NCBI GenBank assembly: GCA_028826165.1
Contig: JAPDFW010000007.1
Coordinates: 1 to 64,000 of the forward strand
Length of the DNA stretch: 64,000 nt
Direction: 5' to 3'
Source of the DNA: Anaeramoeba ignava BMAN
Taxonomy: Eukaryota > Protista > Anaeramoebae
Shown here: positions 42,818 to 56,821 of the stretch, in pieces
Numbering within the stretch: position 1 is the stretch's first letter
Layout of the letters: every line of letters begins with the position of its first letter
Translations under genes and position numbers: made by a program
Notes under the pieces: model-generated
Seen by the model: only the letters and a program-made list of their open reading frames with translations
What the model was told of the DNA's origin: nothing
Database searches by the model: none

Positions 42818-45800
42818 TTATCCATAATCATCTTCATCTGTAACATCTCTTCCTAAAGGTATCATAGATTTTTTCTCTGCATCTCTTGCCAAGGATTTTC
42901 TCATATCTAAACCATCTTCTTCACCTGAATAATAACCCAAAACTCTTCTAAAAACAATATATCCAAAATTTTGATACATTCTAATAGCAACATTATTAGA
43001 ACTTCTAACATATAAATCAACAAAATACGCATTAGCAATATTTTCAGAAACACCTTCTAATAATTGCATTAATTGGCGAGCAAGACCTAAGCGTCTGTAT
43101 TCAGGAGATACTGTGACAGCAGTGACATGACCATGCCACATTTTGCCTTCTCCTTCGCTTTTCCCAAATATATATCCCATTATATCTTTATTTATAGATT
43201 CTCCTAATGCACACATATCTGGCCATATTGCTAAATATTGTAAATAAAATCCATTGTGATACTTTTTATTTTCATACATAAAATAATAAATAAAATTATA
43301 AATTAAATTATAAATAAAATTATAAATTAAATTATAAATAAAATTATAAATTAAATTATAAATAAAATTATAAATTAAATTATAAATAAAATTATAAATT
43401 AAATTATAAATTAAATTATAAATAAAATTATAAATAAAATTATAAATAAAATTATAAATTAAAATTATAAATTAAATTATAAATAAAATTATAAATTAAA
43501 TTACAAATAAAATTATAAATAAAATAATAAATAAAATTATAAATAAAATTATAAATTAAATTATAAATAAAATTATAAATAAAATTATAAATAAAATTAT
43601 AAATAAAATAAATTAAATTATAAATTAAATTATAAATAAAATTATAAATAAAATTATAAATAAAATTATAAATAAAATTATAAATAAAATAAAATTATAA
43701 ATAAAATTATAAATTAAAATTATAAATTAAAATTATAAATAAAATTATAAATAAAATTATAAATTAAAATTATAAATTAAATTATAAATAAATTATAAAA
43801 TAAAATTATAAATAAAATTATAAATTAAATTATAAATTAAATTATAAATTAAATTATAAATTAAAATAAATAAAATTATAAATAAATTATAAAATTAAAT
43901 TATAAATAAAAAATATAAATAAAAATAATAAAAATTATAAATAAAATAATAAATAAATTATAAATTAAATTATAAATTAAATTATAAATTAAATTATAAA
44001 ATTAAATTATAAATAAAATTATAAATTAAAATTATAAATTAAAATTATAAATTAAAATTATAAATAAAATTACAAATAAAATTATAAAATAAAATTAAAT
44101 TATAAATAAAATTATAAATTAAAATTATAAATAAAATTATAAATAAAATTATAAATAAAATTATAAATTAAAATTATAAATAAAATTATAAATAAAATTA
44201 TAAATAAAATTATAAATAAAATTATAAATAAAAATTATAAATAAAATTATAAATTAAAATTATAAATAAAATTATAAATAAAATTATAAATAAAATTAAA
44301 TAAAATTATAAATAAAATTATAAATAAAATTATAAATAAAATTATAAATAAAATTATAAATTAAATTATAAATAAAATTATAAATTAAATTATAAATTAA
44401 AATTATAAATTAAATTATAAATAAAATTATAAATAAAAATTATAAATTAAAATTATAAATAAAAATTATAAATAAAAATTATAAATTAAAATTATAAATA
44501 AAATTATAAATAAAAATTATAAATAAAATTATAAATAAAATTATAAATAAAAATTATAAATTAAAATTATAAATAAAATTATAAATTAAAATTATAAATA
44601 AAATAAATAAAAATTATAAATAAAATTATAAATTAAATTATAAAATAAAATTATAAATTAAAATATAAATAAAAATATAAATAAAATATAAATAAATAAA
44701 TAAAAATTATAAAATAAAATTATAAATAAAATTATAAATAAAATTATAAATTAAAATTATAAATTAAAATTATAAATAAAATTATAAAATAAATTATAAA
44801 TTAAATTATAAATTAAAATTAAATTAAAATTATAAATTAAATTATAAATTAAAATTATAAATTAAAATTATAAATAAAATTATAAAAAATAAAATAAAAT
44901 TATAAATAAAATTATAAATAAAATTATAAATAAAAATTATAAATTAAAATTATAAATAAACGAAATTATAAATAAAATTATAAATAAAAATTATAAATAA
45001 AATTATAAATAAAATTATAAATAAAAATATAAAATAAAATATATAAATAAAATTATAAATAAAAATTTATAAATAAAATTATAAATAAAATTATAAATAA
45101 AATTATAAATAAAATTATAAATAAAATTATAAATAAAATTATAAATTAAAAAATTATAAATAAAATTATAAATAAAATTATAAATAAAATTATAAATTAA
45201 ATTATAAATAAAATTATAAATAAAATTATAAATTAAATTATAAATAAAATTATATAATAAAATTATAAATAAAAATATATAAATAAAATTATAAATAAAA
45301 ATATAAATAAAAATTATAAATTAAAATTATAAATAAAATTATAAATAAAATTATAAAATAAAATATAAATAAAATTATAAATTAAATTATAAATTAAATT
45401 ATAAATATAAAATTATAAATTAAATTATAAATAAAATTATAAATAAAATTAAAATTAAATTATAAATAAAATTATAAATAAAATTATAAATAAAAATTAT
45501 AAATAAAAATTATAAATAAAATTATAAAAATAAAATTATAAAATAAAATTATAAATAAAAATAAAAATAAAATAAAAATTATAAATAAAAAATAAATAAA
45601 TATAAATAAAATTATAAATAAAATTATAAATTAAAATTATAAATAAAATTATAAAATAAAATTAAATAACAAAAAATAAAATAAAATTATAAATAAAATT
45701 ATAAATAAAATTATAAATAAAATTATAAAATAAAAATTATAAATTAAATAAAATATAAATAAAATTATAAATAAAATTATAAATAAAATTATAAATTAAA

Positions 45801-47295
45801 TTATAAATTAAATATAAATAAAATATAAATAAAATTATAAATAAAATTATAAATAAAATTATAAATAAAAATTATAAATAAAAATTATAAATAAAATTAT
45901 AAATAAAATTATAAATAAAATTATAAATAAAAATTATAAATTAAAATTATAAATTAAATTATAAATAAAATTATAAATTAAATTATAAATTAAATTATAA
46001 ATTAAATTATAAAATTAAATTATAAATTAAATTATAAATAAAATTATAAATTAAAATTATAAATAAAATTATAAATAAAAATTATAAATAAAATTATAAA
46101 TAAAATTAAATTATAAATTAAATTATAAATAAAATAACAAATAAAATTATAAATAAAATAATAAATAAAAATTATAAATAAAATTATAAATTAAATTATA
46201 AAATAAATAAAATAATAAATAAAATTATAAATAAAATTATAAATAAAATTATAAATAAAATTATAAATAAAATTATAAATAAAATTATAAATAAAAATTA
46301 TAAATAAAATTATAAATAAAATTATAAATAAAAATTATAAATAAAATTATAAATAAAATTATAAATAAAATAATAAATTAAATTATAAATTAAAATTATA
46401 AATAAAATTATAAATTAAATTATAAATTAAATTATAAATTAAAATTATAAATAAAATTATAAATAAAATTATAAATAAAATTATAAATTAAATTATAAAT
46501 TAAATTATAAATTAAATTATAAATTAAATTATAAATTAAATTATAAATTAAATTATAAATTAAATTATAAATTAAATTATAAATAAAATTATAAATTAAA
46601 ATTATAAATAAAATTATAAATAAAATTATAAATTAAAATTATAAAATAAAATTATAAATTAAATTATAAATTAAATTATAAATTAAATTATAAATAAAAA
46701 TTATAAATTAAATTATAAATAAAATTATAAAATAAAATTATAAATTAAATTATAAAATAAAATTATAAATAAAATTATAAATAAAATTATAAATAAAATT
46801 ATAAATAAAAATTATAAATTCAAATTATAAATTAAATTATAAAATAAAATTATAAATTAAATTATAAATTAAATTATAAATAAAATTATAAATTAAATTA
46901 TAAATAAAATTATAAATTAAATAATAAATTAAATAATAAATTAAATTATAAATAAAATTAAATAAATAAAATTATAAATAAAATTATAAATAAAATTATA
47001 AATAAAATTATAAATAAAATTATAAATAAAATTATAAATAAAATTATAAATTAAATTATAAATTAAATTATAAATTAAATTATAAATAAAAATATAAATA
47101 AAACTATAAATAAAATTATAAATTAAATTATAAATTAAATTATAAATTAAATTATAAATAAAATTATAAATTAAATTATAAATAAAATTATTATTATTTT
47201 TCTATGATTTTTTGTACAGTTTCTGTTAAATGATCTAAATTAACATCTGTAAAATTAAATAAATCATTTGCTTCAAATCTTCTTATTGTTGTCAT
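42818..47295 (-). CDS. NAA20: N-terminal acetyltransferase B catalytic subunit (2 exons: 47295-47218 and 43261-42818)
   Basis: MTTIRRFEANDLFNFTDVNLDHLTET|YHNGFYLQYLAIWPD...WHGHVTAVTVSPEYRRLGLA...FVDLYVRSSN...DMRKSL. The intron is a phase-0 GT-AG intron. Confidence 0.95.
43280..47190. repeat. 11-13-bp A/T satellite (ATAAATAAAATT / ATAAATTAAATT)n filling the 3956-nt NAA20 intron
   Basis: Read directly from the sequence; the intron spans 43262..47217. Confidence 0.95.
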
Positions 47296-47382
47296 TTTTA
47301 ATAATAAATTTATATAAAAAAAAATTGAAAAATGAAAAAAATGAAAAAATAAAATTTCATTTTTTTTTGTTTTTTTTTTAAA
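47296..47382. promoter_or_regulatory. 87-bp bidirectional promoter between NAA20 and the RasGAP-like gene
   Basis: Divergent ATGs at 47295 and 47383, with TTTCATTTT motifs on both strands. Confidence 0.6.
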
Positions 47383-50300
47383 ATGGATTTTCTTTTAAAA
47401 GAAGATATTAAATCAATTCTTGAATTAACTTATGAAATTGGATTTAAAAATTATTTAAATAAAGAATTAATAAAAAAAGAAAAAAATAAAGCAAAATTAA
47501 GTATTGAAATTATAAAAAATTGGATAAATGAAATTTTAAAAAAATCAACACAAAAAAAAGTGGCCAATAGTTTATTTGAAGATTTTAAAGTAAACTGTTT
47601 ATTAAACTTATTTAAAAAAAATTTTATTAATTTATTTAAATTAAAATTAAAAAAGAAAATTGATTTTTTAATTGAATTCTTATTACAAATTTTTCCAGAT
47701 TTAGATTTTAAAAAAATTGCTTTAATTTCAGATTTAAAAGAAAAATTAATTTACATTTTAAAAGAAATTCAAAATAATTCTTATGATGGATTTTGTTGTT
47801 CTGTTGATGATATTTTTAATGTTTTTGATTTTTTTTAAATTTAATTTTTTAAATTAAAAAATTCCAATTTATTTTTTTTTGTAGATGAAAAAAGAGCAAT
47901 TTATCAAATTTTTAGCAAGTTTATTCTTATGGTTTCAAAATAACATCAAAAAACAATATCTTTCAAAAATCCAAAAAGAATTATCAATAAAAGAACAAAA
48001 TCGAGATTTAAAATATAAAATTTTAACAATGAAACAAAAAATTCAAGAAAATAAAAGGAAAATTGATGATTATCAAAAATTACAAGAATATAAACATTTC
48101 CAAGAGAAAGAATCACAACAAAAATTCATTTTATATCCAGAAAAATTCAATTCTTTAAATCAATTTATTCAAACAAGTGAAAAAGTATCACAATCATTGA
48201 ATCCATTAAAAGAAGATTTACAAGATTTTATGAACTCAATTACAAAATTGCCAAGTTATTCAACATCATTATTCAAATTACTTGATGTGAAAATTGATGA
48301 TGTTCCTGTTGGGAATATCCAAAAAATTCAATTCAAAACAATCACTTCATTTTCTAATTGTCTTCGTGGAGCTTTTGCTCATTTTAAAATCAATTTTTCA
48401 GAAGAAGAGTTTAAGAAATTAATCACAAAAATCAAACTTTTTGAGCAATTTGATCTTGATCCTTATGGAGTTTATTCTGAAATTGAAGATGTTTTTCCAA
48501 AAGAATATGAAAATATTATCCAGTTTAGAAAATCCTCAATTTTCATTCTTTCAATTTGTGATTTGTTTGTTTTCACTGTTTATTTTAAACAATTATTCAC
48601 AGAAAAAATTGTGGAAATTCTTCAAGAAAACAAAAATATTTTACAAGGTTAATTTAAATTTAAATTTAAATTTAAATTTAAGAAGAAGAATTAATTTTGT
48701 TTATTAATTAGGAAGTGATGTTGATGATATAACAAGAATGATTTATGGAAATATTGATAATTTCATCTATTTTTTGAGTGATTTGAGTAAATTAAAGGAT
48801 ATTGTTCAGAATATTATGGAATTTTTAGAAATTCAAGATCATATTAATGTATTCAAATCAAAAAAAAAATTTGTTTCTTATTCTTATTCTTATTCTTAAA
48901 ATAATATAAAGAAATCTGAAAAAGTTATTGAAGAATTATTTCGACAAAGTTTATCAAAAACATTATTTGCAATTTTCAAAAGATTATTTGAAGAAAATCA
49001 ACAAGAAAAAATTAAGAATGAAGTTGAAAAAAACAAAAAAAAACCAACAAAAATTTTCAAAAAAGATTTTGCAGCAGGAAATCAAACTTTACAAAAATAT
49101 TTAACAGAAGAATCAATTAGATTACTATCAATTTTAACAGATGCAAAATTTTTGTGGAGATGATATTGAGTCAATAAGTCTTTCATTGTTTAATTTATTT
49201 GATTATTTAGGATTATCAATTCCGTTGCTCAAATTCACAATATCACAAACAATAACAAGAATATCTTCAGTTCAAAATTTATTTGCTTATTCAGATGTTT
49301 CATCAAGAATACTTTCAGAATTTTCATTCATTTATGGAGCGCAATATTTGCATTTAACACTTAAACCAATTATTATTGAAATGATTGAGTTTAATCAAAG
49401 TTTTGAAGTTGATCAAAATCTGAATACTGATTTTAAATCAACAAGAAATAATTTGTCATTCTTTTTAATGAAAACAATTAAAACAATTCTTGATTCTGAA
49501 AAAGATATTCCACCTCAATTTAGGATTATTAATAATTATATTTCAACTGAAATTGAAAAGAAATTCTCAGGAAAAGGATTAATATCAATTGGAAGATTTA
49601 TTTTTCATATATTTTTATGTCCTACACTTGTTTCACCTCAAAATTATTCAATTATTAAATGTATTTTATTATAAAAAATCAAAATTCCTTTTTAAATCTT
49701 TTTGTTTCCATTTATTTAGTTCCACTTAATGAAGATATTTCAAGAGGTTTAGTTTTAATTTCATCAGCAATTACTCAATTATCAAGAAAGAAAAAATTTG
49801 ATAAATCAAAAGGATATATGATTTTTTTAAATGAAGAAATTACTTCACATTTTAAGGAATTAGATGAATTTTTTATGAAATTATCTGTAAAAATAAATTT
49901 ATATTTGGAAAAAAGAATATTTATATTAAAATATTGCTTTTTTTGAATTTTTTAAAAGGATATAAAAACAATCCAAGAAATTGATCTCCAAAAACAACCA
50001 AATATTGATTTTATTGAATTTAAACCAATCAAAATTTATCAACAAAGAAGACTTAATGATACATTAATTGATACAAAAAAAGAATCTTTTGAATTTTTCT
50101 CAATAATTGAATTTTTCATTTCAAATCAAGATGATAAAAACAAAATTAGTGAAAGTAAATTGCATCAATTTGATAAATCATTTAAAGAATTGAAAATATT
50201 AGTCGAAGATTTTGGAAACTCAAACAAAATTTTAAGAGAGTTAAATCACAAACTTGTTGAAATTAAACAATTAGTTGAAAAAACAACAAATTTAACAAAT

Positions 50301-50708
50301 AAAAATGAAAAAAATGATGAAAAAGAAGAAGAAAAAGAAGAAGAAAATTTAATTTGGAAAAATGTTTCAGTTAAAAATACAAAATTTGAAGGATTTGTTC
50401 ACATTTCAAAAAATGATTCAAAAAGCAAGAAAAAAGGGAAAAAAAGATATTTAATTCTAAAAGAAAATGTTCTCGCAATTTTTGAATCTAAACCTGAAGA
50501 AAAAAATATTTTCCCTTTAAATGCTATTGAAATTGATGATTCTTTAAAAGTTTCAAGAGCAAAATCTACAAATTCCACTTTTTCACTTTCTTCTTCAAAA
50601 TTAGGAAATGAAAAGGATTTCTTCATCATTTGCGAAACTAGACAAGATTTTTTGAATTGGTTTTCATTAATTCGAGAATCAAAACAAATTGTTTTAGAAA
50701 ATAATTAA
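47383..50708 (+). CDS. RasGAP-like domain + C-terminal PH domain protein (multi-exon)
   Basis: RasGAP fold pattern: YGAQYLHLTLKPII, FEVDQ, IPPQFRII, FLCPTLVSPQ, RGLVLIS. PH pattern: FEGFVHI...KKRYLILKENVLAIFE...CETRQDFLNWFSLI. Confidence 0.8.
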
Positions 50709-50755
50709 AAATTGGAAAAATTTTTTTTTCATTTTTCATTTTTTCTATTTTAAAA

Positions 50756-53700
50756 ATGAGTCTTTCTTTTAATGTTAAAATGTCTAATTTTTCAGGAAGT
50801 GGTTTAATTGCTTGTGATCGGTAATTTAAATATAAAATTTATATTTAGATTTGAAATTTAAGATTTTTTTTTTTTTTTTGAAATGATTTTTCATCAATTT
50901 TTTATCAATTTTTTATAAAAGATCTGGCACAAGTGATCCATTTCTTAAAATTACATTTGATAGTACAAAACATTTTCAAACTGAAGTTATAAAGAAAAGT
51001 AAATTGAATTTATGAAAAAAAAATATAAATGAAAAAATTAAATTTTAATTTTAAATTTTTTCAATTAAAATCAAGCGCTTGAACCTCAATGGAAATTTGA
51101 AAATGAATTCACTTATGATACTTATACCCCTGAAAGATTAAATTCCAAATATTTCAAAATTGAATGTTGGGATTGGAACAAAGTTGAAAAAGCTGAATTA
51201 ATGGGATCTTTTTCAATGAATTTATGGAATATTGCAACTGGTCCAAAACATATTGATCATTTATTAAGATTAAGAGGAAAACCTGCAGGAAGAATTAGTT
51301 TAGATATTGAAATGATTCAAAAATCTGATGTTATTATGAATTTTGAGGAAGTGAATGTTTTTGATGTTTTAGGAAAAAATCAAAATGGTACTTCTGATAT
51401 TTGTATTGAATATAACTTTTCTACCAAGTATATTTAAAATAAATCAAAATAAATTTAAAATATTTAAATATTTAAATAAATATTCAAATAAATATCTAAA
51501 TAATATTTAAAATAAATATTCAAATTAATATTTAAATAAATATTTAAATAAATATTCAAAATAAATATTCAAATAAATATTTAAATAAATATCTAAAATA
51601 TTTAAATAAATATTCAAATAAATATTTAAATAAATATTTAAAATATTTAAATAAATATTTAAAATATTTAAATAAATATTTCAAATAAATATTCAAATAA
51701 ATATTCAAAATAAATATTCAAATAAATATTCAAATAAATATTCAAATAAATATTCAAATAAATATTTAAATAAATATTTAAATAAATATCCAAATAAATA
51801 TTCAAATAAATATTCAAATAATATTTAAATAAATATTCAAAATAAATATTCAAATTAATATTCAAATAAATATTCAAATAAATATTCAAATAAATATTCA
51901 AATAAATATTCAAATAAATATCCAAATAAATATCCAAATAAATATTCAAATAAATATTTAAATAAATATTTAAATAAATATTCAAATAAATATTCAAATA
52001 AATATTCAAAATATTCAAAATAAATATCCAAAATATTTAAATAAATATCCAAATAAATATTCAAATAAATATTCAAATAAATATTTAAATAAATATTTAA
52101 AATAAATATTCAAATTAATATTCAAATAAATATTCAAATAAATATTCAAATAAATATTTAAATAAATATTCAAATTAATATTTAAAATAAATATTTAAAA
52201 TAAATATCCAAATAAATATTCAAATAAATATCCAAATAAATATTTAAATAAATATTTAAATAAATATTCAAATAAATATTCAAATAAATATTCAAATAAA
52301 TATCTAAATAAATATCCAAAATAAATATTCAAATAAATATCCAAATAAATATTCAAATAAATATTCAAATAAATATTTAAATAAATATTTAAATAAATAT
52401 TCAAATAATATTTAAAATATCTAAAATAAATATTTAAATAAATATTCAAAATAAATATTCAAATTAATATTTAAATAAATATTTAAATAAATATTCAAAA
52501 TAAATATTCAAAATAAATATTTAAAATAAATATTAAAATAAATATTCAAATAAATATTTAAATTAATATTTAAATAAATATTTAAATTAATATTTAAATA
52601 AATATTCAAATAAATATTTAAAATAAATATCCAAAAATATCCAAATTAATATTCAAAATATTCAAAAATATCCAAAATAATATTTAAATAAATATTCAAA
52701 TAAATATTTAAATAAATATTTAAATAAATATTTAAAATATTCAAATTAATATTTAAATAAAATATCTAAATTAATATTCAAAATAATATTTAAATAAATA
52801 TTTAAATAAATATTCAAATAATATTCAAATAAATGTAAATTAATATTCAAATAAATATTTTAAATAAATATTTAAAATAAATATCCAAATAAAAATAAAT
52901 ATCCAAATAAATATTTAAATAAATATTCAAATAAATATTTAAATAAATATCAAAATAAATATTTAAATAAATATCAAAAATAAATATCCAAATAAATATA
53001 TAAAAATATTCCAAATTAATATTTAAATAAATATCCAAATAAATATTTAAATAAATATTTAAATAAATATTTAAATAAATATTCAAATAAATATTTAAAT
53101 AAATATTTAAATAAATATTCAAATAAATATTTAAATAAATATTCAAATAAATATTTAAATAAATATTCAAATAAATATTTAAAATAAATATTTAAATAAA
53201 TATTTAAATAAATATATTCAAATAAATATTTAAATAAATATTTAAATAAATATTTAAATATTCAAATAAATATTTTAAATAAATATTCAAATAAATATTT
53301 AAATAAATATTCAAATTTAAATAAATATTCAAATAAATATTTAAATAAATATTCAAATAAATATTTAAATAAATATTCAAATAAATATTTAAATAAATAT
53401 TTAAATAAATATCTAAATAAATATTCAAATAAATATTTAAATAAATATTCAAATTAAAAAATATCCAAAATATTTAAATAAATATTCAAATTAATATTCA
53501 AATAAATATTCAAAATATTTAAATAAATATTCAAATAAATATTTAAATAAAATTTTAAAAATATTCAAAATAAATATTCAAATAAATATTTAAATAAATA
53601 TTTAAATAAATATTCAAATAAATATTTAAATAAATATTTAAATAAATATTCAAAATATTTAAATAAATATTCAAAATATTTAAATAAATATTCAAATAAA

Positions 53701-55943
53701 TATTTAAATAAATATTCAAATAAATATTTAAATAAATATTCAAATAAATATCCAAATAAATATTTAAATAAATATTTAAAATATTTAAATAAATATTCAA
53801 ATAAATATTTAAATTAATATTCAAATAAATATTTAAATTAATATTCAAATAAATATTTAAATTAATATTCAAATAAATATTCAAAATAAATATCTAAAAT
53901 TAAATATTCAAATAAATATTTAAATAAATATTCAAATAAATATTCAAATAAATATTTAAATAAATATTTAAATAAATATTCAAATAAATATTTAAATAAA
54001 TATCTAAATAAATATTCAAAATAAATATTCAAAATAATATTCAAAATTAATATTCAAATAAATATTCAAATAAATATCCAAATAAATATCTAAAATAATA
54101 TTCAAATTAATATTCAAATTAATATTCAAATAAATATTTAAATAAATATCCAAAATAAATATTCAAATAAATATTCAAATAAATATCTATTAGTCCTGAC
54201 CAAAAACAAAAAACTGATACAATTCGAGGTGTTAATCAAGGAACTTGGCAAGATTCTCCTAAATTATTTTTTTCTTCTTCTTTAAAAGAATTAATTGATG
54301 GAAATCTTTATATTCAACTTCTTCATGATTCTCACCAAAATCCTTCAGTTATAGGAGATTGTGAAGTAAAAAAAAAACAAAATAATTTTCTTTTTTTTTT
54401 AAAAATATTTTTTATTCCACTTTTTCTTTTTAGTATAACTTTAAAATTACTGAATTAAACGAAGAAACTGAAGTTGAAATTGAAACAGATTTTTATATGT
54501 CAGGAAATATAACAGGAAAACTTAAAGGAAAATTGAAAGTATTAAACATTCCTGAATTTTATCAAATGATTGGAGGAAAATCAACTGAATTTGGTGTTTC
54601 TGGAGGAGTTCCAATACTTGAATTTTCACATGTTCCTGAAAAGTAAAAAAAACCAAAAAATTTGCTAGTTCAAAATTATTCTAAAAAAAGGAATTTTGCT
54701 TTTTTTTTTTTCAGTTATCCAAAAAAAGGATTAGGAGGTCCACCTAAAGTTGCAAAAACTAGAACCAGAATGACAAGACCTTCTAATACACAAAATACAC
54801 AAATAATTGAAAAAGAAATAAATGTTAGTACAATTACAAATGTGAATACAACAAAAATCAATCCAACAGCAAATACAGGACAACCTTTCTCAAATTTAAG
54901 AACCAAATTTGGATTTTCACAATTTACAACTTCCAATTTTCCAAATCAAAGAATACAACCACAAACAAATGGACAAATTGGGAATAAAATGGGAAATCCA
55001 TTATTTAATCCAATGGGATTTGGAGCATTTCCACCAAATCAACCAAATCAATTCAATCAACCAAATCAATTTAATCAACCAAATCAATTCAATCAACCAA
55101 AATCAATTTAATCAACCAAATGAATTTAATCAACAAAATGAATTAAATCAACAAAATGAATCAAATGATGATTATGCAAATATTAATGATGATGAATTAG
55201 AAAGAGAGTTTCAAATGTATCAACAAGTTGAACAAGAAAATGAGAATGAAACAAATGAAGTAAATCAAGAAAATGCATTAGACAAAGAATTTGATATGTA
55301 CCAACCAATTGACCAAGAAAATGTTAATGAATCAAACCAATTTAATTCAAATCCAAATCTAAATCAATTTAATTCAAATCCAAATTTAAACCAATTTAAT
55401 TCAAATCCAAATCTAAATCAATTTAATTCAAATCCAAATCTAAATCAATTTAATTCAAATCAAACTCAAATTAATTCAAATACAACTGCAAATCAATTTA
55501 ATTCAAATCCAACTCAAATTAATTCAAATACAACCCAAAATCAATTCAATCCTTTAAACCAATTTACTCCTTATAACCAATTTAATCAACAAAAACAAAT
55601 TAATCCATTTAGTCCATTTAATAATCAAAATCAAACTCAAAATCAAACTCAAACTCAAACTCAAAATCAAAATCAAAATCAGAACAAAAATCAAAATCAG
55701 AACCAAAATCAATCTGAATGGGGTCAAGTTTTCTTAAATCTAAATCCTAATTTTGGACAACCTAATAAATTTGATTCACCTCCTAATTTTACACAAACTA
55801 ATTGGATTCCAGGATTTAATTCACCTTCTTATTCTCAAAACACTTCACAACAATGGATTCAACAACAAGATCCATTTGGAAGACCATTTTGGAAAAATTC
55901 TATAACAGGAGCAATTACTTTTATTAATCCAGGAAAATTTTAA
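50756..55943 (+). CDS. Tandem C2-domain protein with an N/Q-rich tail and a C-terminal WW-like motif (multi-exon)
   Basis: First C2: LIACDR|SGTSDPFLKI...TEVIKKT|LEPQW...IECWDWN. Second C2: GKNQNGTSDICIE...GTW. The end is WIQQQDPFGRPFWKNSITGAITFINP. There is a frameshift near 55100. Confidence 0.8.
51440..54188. repeat. 12-bp satellite (AAATAAATATTC/T)n filling the 2766-nt intron 51428..54193
   Basis: GT at 51428 and AG at 54192-54193 join ...FSTN|PDQKQK in frame. Confidence 0.92.
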
Positions 55944-56585
55944 TAATTTAATTTAAGGATATTTTAATAATTTAAAGATATTTTAATAATCTAATTTAAA
56001 GATAAATTTAATAATTTTAATAATTTAATTTAAAGATAAATTTAATAATTTAATTTAAAAGATATTTTAATAATTTAATTTAAGGATATTTTAATAATTT
56101 AATAATTTAAGATAATTTTAATAATTTAATAATTTAATAATTTAATAATTTAATAATTTAATTTAAAGATATTTTTAATAATTTTAATAATTTAATTTAA
56201 AGATATTTTAATAATTTAAAAGATAAATTTAATAATTTAATTTAAAGATAAATTTAATAATTTAATTTAAAGATAAATTTAATAATTTAATTTAAAAGAT
56301 ATTTTAATAATCTAATTTAAGATAATTTTAATAATTTAATAATTTAATAATTTAATTTAAAAGATAAATTTAATAATTTTAATAATTTAAAAGATATTTT
56401 AATAATTTAAAGATAATTTAATAATTTAAAAGATATTTTAATAATCTAATTTAAGATAATTTTAATAATTTAATAATTTAATTTAAAGATAAATTTAATA
56501 ATTTAATTTAAAAGATATTTTAATAATTTAATTTAAAAGATATTTTAATAATTTAATAATTTAAAGATAATTGAATAATTTAAGG
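55944..56585. repeat. Degenerate 8-25-bp satellite (TTTAATAATTTAATTTAAAGATA) directly after the C2 gene stop
   Basis: Read directly from the sequence. Confidence 0.85.
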
Positions 56586-56691
56586 AAAAAAATTTTTTTT
56601 TTTTGAATTTTGTTCCACTTTTTTTTTTTAAAAAGAAAAATTAAAAAACATTTTATTTCCTATTTTCTTTATTTTCTTTTTATTTTTTTTC

Positions 56692-56705
56692 AAATGACGT
56701 CATTT
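56692..56705. promoter_or_regulatory. CRE-like palindrome AAATGACGTCATTT
   Basis: A perfect 14-bp palindrome containing TGACGTCA, about 120 bp upstream of ATG 56822 in otherwise GC-poor DNA. Confidence 0.5.
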
Positions 56706-56821
56706 AATTTTTTTAATTTTTTTTTTCATTTTCATTTTTTTCATTTTTTTTCTTTCTGTTCCACTTTTTGATTATTTTTATTTTTATTTTTATTTTTATT
56801 TTTATTTTTTATTTTTTATTA

